This document shows positions 57,355-64,000 of a DNA stretch of 64,000 bases, one piece after another. Numbering within the stretch: the first letter of the stretch is position 1; every line of letters starts with the position of its first letter. The notes beneath the pieces are model-generated. The model did not search any database. It saw only the letters and a list, made by a program, of their open reading frames with translations, and was not told where the DNA came from. A program made the translations under genes and the position numbers. This DNA is from an uncultured Candidatus Saccharibacteria bacterium (lineage in GTDB: Bacteria; Patescibacteriota; Saccharimonadia; CAILAD01; JADZBC01), in contig CAZRJR010000001.1 of the NCBI GenBank assembly GCA_964600985.1, forward strand, positions 399,431 through 463,430, given 5' to 3'.

Positions 57355-58107
57355 TCAAGCTAACGTAAGTATCTCGGCGCCTGACTCAGTAATTAAAATC
57401 GTGTGTTCACTCTGTGCCGCCAGTGAACCATCGCTCGTTATACATGTCCAGCCGTCATCGGCCATTACGAGCTCTTCAGTCCCAATCGACGCAATTGGCT
57501 CGAGCGCAATTGTCATGCCAGCCCGAAGCACTTGCCCCGTACCACGCGTACCGTCGTTACCGATCCACGGTTCTTCGTGCACTCTATGGCCGACGCCGTG
57601 CCCACCGAGTGACTGCAACACATAAAAGCCATGCTTCTGGATCGTTTCGCCAATAACAGCACTAATGTCTCCCACGCGAACACCATCACGCACTACGCCA
57701 ATCCCCCGTGACAGGGCCTCCTCGGTAGCTCGAATGAGCCTCTCGGCTTTTGGATTAGTACTCACACCCAGCACAAAGCTAATGGCGCTGTCAGTAATAA
57801 GTCCGTTGTGCTCCACACCAAAGTCGTACTTAATAAGGTCGCCCGAGCGAATTACTCGCTCTCCAGGAATACCGTGTACAATTTCTTCGTTTACCGATAT
57901 ACAGATTGAACCCGGGAAGCCTTCGTAACCCAAGAAGGCTGGCCGTACACCATGTGCATCAAGCTGCTGGCGGGCTATTTGGTCGACTTCCATAGTGGTC
58001 ATGCCGTCGACTGTAGCCTGCCTAAGGTACTGTAGAATTGTACCCAACACCTTGCCGCCATGACGCATTGCGGCGATCTCGTCGGTGGTTTTAATTTGTG
58101 TCCTCAT
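57355..58107 (-). CDS. map: Methionine aminopeptidase type I
   Basis: ICISVNEEIVHGIP, GHGVG..VHEEP, ALEP, AQSEHT. Start ATG 58107 overlaps the adk stop. Confidence 0.96.
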   Translation of the reverse strand: MRTQIKTTDEIAAMRHGGKVLGTILQYLRQATVDGMTTMEVDQIARQQLDAHGVRPAFLGYEGFPGSICISVNEEIVHGIPGERVIRSGDLIKYDFGVEHNGLITDSAISFVLGVSTNPKAERLIRATEEALSRGIGVVRDGVRVGDISAVIGETIQKHGFYVLQSLGGHGVGHRVHEEPWIGNDGTRGTGQVLRAGMTIALEPIASIGTEELVMADDGWTCITSDGSLAAQSEHTILITESGAEILTLA

Positions 58108-58652
58108 GCCAACCAATCCTTTACTGCGGCTTGTAGCGCGTCCTCAACTACATTTGGCGAAGGCTCGCCATCGATCTCGACAAGTCGATGTGTAGACTGA
58201 TAATACGACAACACTGGCGCTGTTTCCCGCTCGAATACCTCGAGGCGGTGCTTAATTACCACAGACTGATCGTCGGCTCGTCCGCGCACGCTTAAACGCT
58301 CTTCGGCAGTCCGCTTTGCTATACGCAGATAATATACACATAGTTTCGCATCCCCACCTATTACTCCATCCAGCCAGCGAGCCTGCTGTTCACGACGCGG
58401 GAAGCCGTCAAATATAATGGTGGCTTCCTGCGTAGTATTCGCAATAGCTTGCTCAACCCGCTCGTTCACCAAGCTATCTGGTATAAGTCCACCCTCCTGC
58501 AGGATAGCGGCAACCTCGGTATCTGCCTTGGCAATGTCGCGGGCAATATCCCCAGTCTTAATGATCACGGCATTAGTTTTGGCAGCCAAGCGCTCGGCCT
58601 GTGTGTCTTTACCGGCCCCCGGCATACCTATAATCACAATAAACCGTTTCAT
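58104..58652 (-). CDS. adk: Adenylate kinase (short, no LID)
   Basis: GMPGAGKDTQA, DGFPR, RGRADD. Start ATG 58652. Confidence 0.9.
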   Translation of the reverse strand: MKRFIVIIGMPGAGKDTQAERLAAKTNAVIIKTGDIARDIAKADTEVAAILQEGGLIPDSLVNERVEQAIANTTQEATIIFDGFPRREQQARWLDGVIGGDAKLCVYYLRIAKRTAEERLSVRGRADDQSVVIKHRLEVFERETAPVLSYYQSTHRLVEIDGEPSPNVVEDALQAAVKDWLA

Positions 58653-59008
58653 TTCACCAACATCTGATACACGCGGGGTGCAAATATACATACAGCGATT
58701 GCCAAAGCACCAAAAGCACATACCAGCACTCCACCAGCCGTCATATCTTTTACAAGCTGTACCACCTGGTTGCGTTCGGTGGTAATAAGATCAAGTGTGC
58801 GCTCCACGGCCGTATTAGTAATCTCGGCGAAGAAAACCAGAATAATGGCAAATATAACCAGTGATAGCTGGAAGATTGATATCTGAAAGAACCAGCTGGC
58901 AACTATAGCTAGGAGTGCAAAAGCGATATGAATGCGAGCATTGCGCTCCCGACTAATAACCGCGCCCAGCCCCTTAAATGCATGTCGAAAGCTAGTGAAT
59001 GTTACCAT
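58649..59008 (-). CDS. dgkA: Diacylglycerol/undecaprenol kinase
   Basis: SFRHAFKG, ERNARIH, EITNTAVE..D, KDMTAGGVL; follows ybeY. Confidence 0.9.
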   Translation of the reverse strand: MVTFTSFRHAFKGLGAVISRERNARIHIAFALLAIVASWFFQISIFQLSLVIFAIILVFFAEITNTAVERTLDLITTERNQVVQLVKDMTAGGVLVCAFGALAIAVCIFAPRVYQMLVK

Positions 59009-59477
59009 CAAAAATGTCCCTTGAGTCAACCTTTAGCCTACTTATAATATCATTTTGGAGGGCCCGGAAGCCAGTGTTAGCCATGCCAGAGTGGTCATAA
59101 CCAAGGAGATGCAAAACACCGTGCACGAAGAGGAGAATATACTCGCTGTATTCGCTCACACCATGCTCCGAGGCCTGACGCTGAGCCACATCGGTACAGA
59201 TCACCACTTCACCAATCGTATCTTGCTCAGAGGGCTCACCATCGTCGTCTTCGAAGTAGTTAAAGCTTAGGACGTCGGTTGCATAGTCATTGCCAGCAAA
59301 TTGGTTATTCAATCGACGAGCCTGGGCCTCGTCCACAAACGCCAAATTAACTACCCCCTGAGTATCAGCCGATCCACTCGCCGCCAAAACTACCTCTAAA
59401 GCCGAGCGAAAATCTGCCCGACTTGGGCTGCTTTGTGAGTCAGGAATGCTAGTAGCAAAAGTAAGCGTAAGTGCCAT
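58992..59477 (-). CDS. ybeY: rRNA maturation endoribonuclease YbeY
   Basis: TDVLSF, HGVLHLLGYDH. Confidence 0.94.
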   Translation of the reverse strand: MALTLTFATSIPDSQSSPSRADFRSALEVVLAASGSADTQGVVNLAFVDEAQARRLNNQFAGNDYATDVLSFNYFEDDDGEPSEQDTIGEVVICTDVAQRQASEHGVSEYSEYILLFVHGVLHLLGYDHSGMANTGFRALQNDIISRLKVDSRDIFDGNIH

Positions 59478-59487
59478 ATTGCCCTAT

Positions 59488-59925
59488 TTAGCGAGCGAGC
59501 TCTTCGCGCACAACCCGACTGACCAGTCCGCCATCTGCTTGGCCGGCCAGTTTAGCCATTGCCTGGCCGATTATCTGACCCATTTGGGCGTCAGGGCTAG
59601 AAGCAATAACCTCTTGTACTACCACTCGCACATCCTCTTCGGATGCCTGGGCGGGTAAGTAGTGCTCAATTTCCTTAAGCTCCGCTGATTCCTCAGCTAC
59701 CAAATCATCGCGACCAGCCTTCGTATAGGCGTCAATCGAATCACGGCGCTTCTTGGCTTCCTTCTGCAAGACGGCCATCATTTCCTGGGCAGAAAGTTCG
59801 TGCCCCACCTCGATCTGCTGGTTTTTAAGTGCGCTTTTGAGCAAACGTAGCACCTGGAGTCGCAATTGATCACGTTCGCGCATTGCGGCCGCTAGATCAG
59901 CTTCGAGCTGCTCTACAAGCTGCAT
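59488..59925 (-). CDS. yqeY: GatB/YqeY domain protein
   Basis: KEAKKRRDSI..Y..AGR.DL, YLP, MGQIIG, ADG; follows rpsU. Confidence 0.93.
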   Translation of the reverse strand: MQLVEQLEADLAAAMRERDQLRLQVLRLLKSALKNQQIEVGHELSAQEMMAVLQKEAKKRRDSIDAYTKAGRDDLVAEESAELKEIEHYLPAQASEEDVRVVVQEVIASSPDAQMGQIIGQAMAKLAGQADGGLVSRVVREELAR

Positions 59926-59926
59926 A

Positions 59927-60136
59927 TTACTTCATCCCAAGTAGTTCGCGGGACTTTTGTTCTTTACGACGAGCCTTACGAATGGCCACAGCACGAGCTT
60001 CGGTTTTCGAGATTGGCTTCTCAAAATAACGCTTACGACGGGCTTCGCCCAATACGCCTGACTGGATGACTTTTTTATTAAAACGACGGATTAAACTCTC
60101 AATCGATTCTTTTTCTTTTGCAGTTACTTGTAACAA
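59927..60136 (-). CDS. rpsU: 30S ribosomal protein S21
   Basis: ESIESLIRRF, RYFEKP; TTG start after SD AAGGAG. Confidence 0.9.
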   Translation of the reverse strand: MLQVTAKEKESIESLIRRFNKKVIQSGVLGEARRKRYFEKPISKTEARAVAIRKARRKEQKSRELLGMK

Positions 60137-60258
60137 ACGAGCTCCTTACTTTTGCTCCTACCGCAATCCGTAGATAGTTATGGCAGGAACAAATCATGAT
60201 TTGATATAGATTCATGGCTGATTATACGCTAAACAACCTATTTCTTCAACCCCTGTGG

Positions 60259-61995
60259 TCAAGTGGCGGGCCGTATGTCTACCACCTCAAGCTGCAAGCG
60301 CTCAACCCCCTGCCACACATTCATCCCTAACCTGAAAGCAACCTCTACCTCACTACCTAGTTGCAACCATGGCCACCGGTCCTGAGCATTAAATGCAATA
60401 GCGCCTATTTCTCTGGTATTAGCCATAAACCCTAGCTGGAGATGTTTTAAATCGCTACCGACCGGACGTAAGCGCACCACTTCGAGTAGCGAGGAGAACA
60501 CAGGCTGCTTGTTACCGTTGCCGAATGGCTCAAACTCACGAAGGGCCTGCATGAGATCTAAGCCAAGGATACTGGGCGCTAACTTAGCCTGAATAAGCAG
60601 CGCCTTATCCTGACCTAACTCAGCCTTATGACGAGCGGCGTACTGGTTAAGTGCTCCTCGAAAAGCAGGAATTTTAGTTGTACTGAGCGTCATGCCGGCA
60701 GCAAAAGCATGGCCGCCAAAGCGCTCAAGATGCGAAGACGCGGCAGATATGGCATTGATAATGCTAAAGTTCCCGACACTCCGAGCAGAGCCCTTAGAAA
60801 CCCCATCGAGTTCCTGCAGGATTATGGTGGGCTTATGCAGTGCCTCACTTACACGACTGGCCACAAGACCAACTATACCGTGCGACCAGTTCGGATCTGA
60901 GAGCACCAAAATCGCGTCGCCCGAGTACTGCGTAGACTGCTCCATAGCCTCGGTATATATCCGTAACGTGTCCTGCTGACGTTCATGATTTAGCTTACTG
61001 AGCTCTTCAGCTAGTGACTTAGCTCGATCAGTATCTTCGGTGGTAAGTAATTCCAGAGCCTTGGCAGCATGCTCGAGTCGACCAGCAGCATTTAAGCGTG
61101 GGCCCAGGCGAAAGCCTAAGTCACTTGCCTGCAGCTGGGCCAGTTCTACTCCGCTCGCCTCAGCTAGAGCTCGAATGCCGCGCCGAGGTGATTTGCGTAA
61201 TACCGTTAAGCCGAACCGTACCAAAGCGCGATTCTCCCCCGTGAGTGGCACCACATCGCACACGCTGCCAAGTGCTACCAGGTCAAGTAGCCACTTTTCT
61301 CGACCAGGTCTAACCTTACTGGGGTTGCGTGTGACAAGCGCACTAGCCAGCTTGAAAGCCACGCCAACGCCAGCGAGATCCTTAAATGGATAGATATCAC
61401 CCGGCAACCTGGGATTTATGCAGGCCACCGCAGCTTTGGGGATTTCCGCAGGTACCGTATGGTGATCCGTTATAATCACGTCAAGACCATAGCTAGCAGC
61501 CTCCTGCACCTCGTGCGCTGCGGTAATACCACAATCAACACTTACTATCAGATTCACCCCTGAGTCTTTGAGTTTCTTCAGGGCCGTGGCATTCAAGCCA
61601 TAGCCTTCTTCAAAGCGATCGGGGATGTACGGCTCAGCCCGTGCGCCTAATTGACTCAAGGTGTCTAATAACAGCGCCGTGGCACTAATACCATCTATGT
61701 CATAATCTCCATAGATGGTAATGTGTTGGCCTGCAGCTATAGCCTGCTCAATTCTTAGGGCAGCTTGCTCCACACCACTCATAGCAAAAGAGTCATGAAG
61801 CTGATCATACGATGGCGCAAAGAACTCGTTTCGCTCCACCTGATTAATCCCTAACCCACGCAGCAACAAAGCAGTCACCGCGGCGACTGAAGCAATGGGC
61901 TCACTGCTGGCGTCGTATTGCCATACATATGCCTTGCCATTTACCGAAGTAGAGGAAGATTTTGTACTTTTTTTGTTACGCGAAGCTCGGGTCAT
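60259..61995 (-). CDS. recJ: ssDNA exonuclease RecJ
   Basis: YGDYDIDG, VDCG, TDHH, PRLNAAGRL, GSARS, GGHAFAAG. Confidence 0.96.
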   Translation of the reverse strand: MTRASRNKKSTKSSSTSVNGKAYVWQYDASSEPIASVAAVTALLLRGLGINQVERNEFFAPSYDQLHDSFAMSGVEQAALRIEQAIAAGQHITIYGDYDIDGISATALLLDTLSQLGARAEPYIPDRFEEGYGLNATALKKLKDSGVNLIVSVDCGITAAHEVQEAASYGLDVIITDHHTVPAEIPKAAVACINPRLPGDIYPFKDLAGVGVAFKLASALVTRNPSKVRPGREKWLLDLVALGSVCDVVPLTGENRALVRFGLTVLRKSPRRGIRALAEASGVELAQLQASDLGFRLGPRLNAAGRLEHAAKALELLTTEDTDRAKSLAEELSKLNHERQQDTLRIYTEAMEQSTQYSGDAILVLSDPNWSHGIVGLVASRVSEALHKPTIILQELDGVSKGSARSVGNFSIINAISAASSHLERFGGHAFAAGMTLSTTKIPAFRGALNQYAARHKAELGQDKALLIQAKLAPSILGLDLMQALREFEPFGNGNKQPVFSSLLEVVRLRPVGSDLKHLQLGFMANTREIGAIAFNAQDRWPWLQLGSEVEVAFRLGMNVWQGVERLQLEVVDIRPAT

Positions 61996-62062
61996 TACTC
62001 AAGTATAAGAGGAGTACGGTAACACTACAAACTATAAATGTTTAGGTGTGCCCAGATCGAGC

Positions 62063-62248
62063 TTAACGAGTGCGTGCTGCCAAATAATAGCTACTGTCAC
62101 CGCGTGATTTAAAACCGATTGGAGCATGGGCACGGTAGCTCTGACGATGCGAGAATAAAAACCGCTCAGTTTGAGCCATTTTGTCAGCTTTTTGCTTAAG
62201 AATATGTGGTTTTTCTATTTGCTGTCGAATTTTGTTTAGTATTTTCAT
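62063..62248 (-). CDS. Small basic hypothetical protein
   Basis: Starts 3 nt after the wHTH stop, suggesting an operon; no recognisable motif. Confidence 0.45.
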   Translation of the reverse strand: MKILNKIRQQIEKPHILKQKADKMAQTERFLFSHRQSYRAHAPIGFKSRGDSSYYLAARTR

Positions 62249-62251
62249 GAT

Positions 62252-62524
62252 TTACGCCTTTTTACGTGATGTTTTTAGAACCATACTCTGAAGCTCCTTA
62301 AACAACGGGAATGACTGATTTACCCAGTAGACCTTGGCATTACCCTCCTTAGCGGACTTAACATAGCCAATCTTTTCCATTTTGGCGAGTTCGCGCTGCA
62401 CATTGCCCGGATCTTCGCGCAGTATCTTCGCCAGACCGCGTACATGAACCCGATAGTCTGGATATTTACTGTAAATTGTAATGATTTTTCGTCTTGTTTT
62501 TGATGTTATGAAGAGCTTTAACAT
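62252..62524 (-). CDS. Standalone winged-HTH DNA-binding protein
   Basis: LFITSKTRRKI..HVRGLAK..GNVQREL..G.V.S..GNAKVY.N..FPLFKEL, like the wHTH normally N-terminal to MNT nucleotidyltransferases. Confidence 0.8.
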   Translation of the reverse strand: MLKLFITSKTRRKIITIYSKYPDYRVHVRGLAKILREDPGNVQRELAKMEKIGYVKSAKEGNAKVYWVNQSFPLFKELQSMVLKTSRKKA

Positions 62525-62688
62525 ATTGTTATTTTATCTACTTTATATTTATTTGAAACTTAAATTACTTAATTACTAGTATAAAACTACAACAGTCTAT
62601 AACACAACAGTTTTTTCGTACAATTTTTGTAATATATAGCCATTAGCGCAAAGCCAACCCTATCCGCTATAATACAAACGTAAGAATT

Positions 62689-63819
62689 ATGCCAGAATTA
62701 AACCCCCACCCTGCTACGCTCTGCCCAATCTGTAAAAAGCCGATGGTCCATACGACTTTTGGTGATGTATGCGTGGATTGCGACCAGATTGTTCGGCACA
62801 ACGATACCACTTACGCTCAAGGAGACCAAACCACTGCTCAAAATCACACCCCCCGCCCTCAACCCCGCTTGGATGTCTCGCCGATAAAACACTCGAGCCA
62901 TATCGCCACTCAAGGAGTTGCCTACGCACCGCCACGCCCTGCCCCTATAGCCACTAGGCCTTCCGACCACCCCCAAAGCCACGCAGGCGGCACACAGAGA
63001 GATGCGGGCAATAAAGATGCTATTGGATTTAACCAGCGCCTGAGAGCCCGTATGTGCCGTCTAGTAGTACCCGAGCTCCCCAGCAGTTCTAAAAACCTTA
63101 ATAGTCAGTTCGAGCTCCCATCAGCCCTTGCAGAACCGGAGCTACCAGCCCCCATTGATACTCTTGCTATACACGCTAGCGCCGTTGCAGTACAAGAGGA
63201 CTACAGAACCCAGAATACAACGCAACCACATACCGATCTCGCTTTCTTGCAAGCTGAAGCAATAGCAGAAATGGACACTCCCGCCAATACTATACAAACG
63301 TCGTCGTCCTCACCAGAAGTAACTGACAGCTTTACTCTACAAAACAAATCAATGCCGCCTTACAATAACCCTAAGTTCCTCATCGCCGGCATAAGCATTG
63401 CAACCATTGTAGTGTTGGGAGCAGGATTATGGGCAGCCCAACGTAACGCAGCCCTACAGCACACCAAAAAGCCAGCCAACCATTCCACTACCCCGCAACG
63501 GACACCTGTTGCGACCGAGGTTACTCAGCGGGATAATCAACGCAAAACCGACCTTAACAGCCTGGCAACAGCGTTAGAGGTATACAAGCAACAGCTCGGC
63601 ACCTATCCGGCCGGAGACGACATTAAAGTTCTTTACCCCCTACAGTACACGACGCCGCCCTACATAACTATCGTAAATTACGATCCATCCAGTGATGAGG
63701 ACACTAAGATTAAGTACAACTACAGCTCAGATGGCACCAGTTTTACAATTGTTGCCAGGCTGGAAGACCCGAGTGACCCCGACGCACAGAGCGGTTACTA
63801 CGTAGTGCGTAACAGATAG
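62689..63819 (+). CDS. Zn-ribbon + TM + GspG/pilin-like domain protein
   Basis: CPIC..CVDC, Pro-rich region, one TM, then RDNQRKTDLNSLATALEVY....GTYP..DP..YNY..F...ARLE. Confidence 0.7.
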   Translation: MPELNPHPATLCPICKKPMVHTTFGDVCVDCDQIVRHNDTTYAQGDQTTAQNHTPRPQPRLDVSPIKHSSHIATQGVAYAPPRPAPIATRPSDHPQSHAGGTQRDAGNKDAIGFNQRLRARMCRLVVPELPSSSKNLNSQFELPSALAEPELPAPIDTLAIHASAVAVQEDYRTQNTTQPHTDLAFLQAEAIAEMDTPANTIQTSSSSPEVTDSFTLQNKSMPPYNNPKFLIAGISIATIVVLGAGLWAAQRNAALQHTKKPANHSTTPQRTPVATEVTQRDNQRKTDLNSLATALEVYKQQLGTYPAGDDIKVLYPLQYTTPPYITIVNYDPSSDEDTKIKYNYSSDGTSFTIVARLEDPSDPDAQSGYYVVRNR

Positions 63820-63825
63820 GAGAGC

Positions 63826-64000
63826 TTATTTGGGGTTCTTTTTGGCTTTATAATTATTCCAAACCACCAGCATTGGCGAGGCGTTAAAGATCGAAGAGTA
63901 AGTACCCGAGATAATACCTACAAGCAGAGCAAACACAAAGAGACGTATTGATTCACCACCAAACAACAGCAAAGCACTCAGGGTAAGGATAACTGTGATC
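63826..64000 (-). CDS. secF: Protein translocase subunit SecF (3' end only)
   Basis: Manual translation ...LLLFGGESIRLFVFALLVGIISGTYSSIFNASPMLV...*. Confidence 0.88.
   Translation of the reverse strand, partial: ITVILTLSALLLFGGESIRLFVFALLVGIISGTYSSIFNASPMLVVWNNYKAKKNPK

Noticed and set aside
106-61393. Many antisense or nested ORFs in the supplied track (e.g. 5879-6367, 51850-52506, 55074-55625)
   Set aside because: They lie opposite or inside well-identified genes and have no motifs or independent expression signals.
62525-62660. AT-rich region as a possible oriC
   Set aside because: No cluster of TTATCCACA DnaA boxes and no dnaA or dnaN nearby.
1-64000. Alternative genetic code 25, CRISPR array, tRNA/rRNA genes, prophage or IS elements
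   Set aside because: Conserved genes are full length in code 11 and TGA ends prfA, nrdR and map. I saw no repeat-spacer array, cloverleaf, integrase, transposase or phage structural gene by eye.

Overview
This is a ~50% GC chromosomal segment in standard genetic code 11 from a reduced-genome bacterium. Gene content and compact operons point to Patescibacteria/CPR, probably Saccharimonadia-like (inference, no database search). Most of it is core genes: lysS, greA, mreBCD-mrdA, rpsB-tsf-frr-uppS-rseP, rel, typA, hisS, rpmE-prfA-prmC, htrA, lepB, parAB, rplU, trxB, rodA, ileS, pyk, ftsAZ-nrdR, rpsU-yqeY-ybeY-dgkA-adk-map, recJ and secF. I saw no rRNA, tRNA, CRISPR array, integrase or transposase. 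Five signals stand out. (1) An uncalled 50-aa acidic ORF ends in CxxC like a ribonucleotide-reductase C-terminal tail and has an NrdR-box-like palindrome inside its promoter. (2) Six scattered single-gene cassettes each have a full -35/-10 promoter, a leader (SD-like in most) and a GC-rich 3' hairpin; leader motifs are shared in pairs and several have Actinobacteria-like codon use. (3) One cassette carries a 38-codon ORF with G/C at every third position, followed by a long structured RNA with a tRNA-Val-like anticodon loop. (4) More than 20 genes have a leaderless-type layout, with a -10 box 6-10 nt before the ATG. (5) An actinobacterial-type ultrashort T-box lies upstream of a type-2 IleRS.
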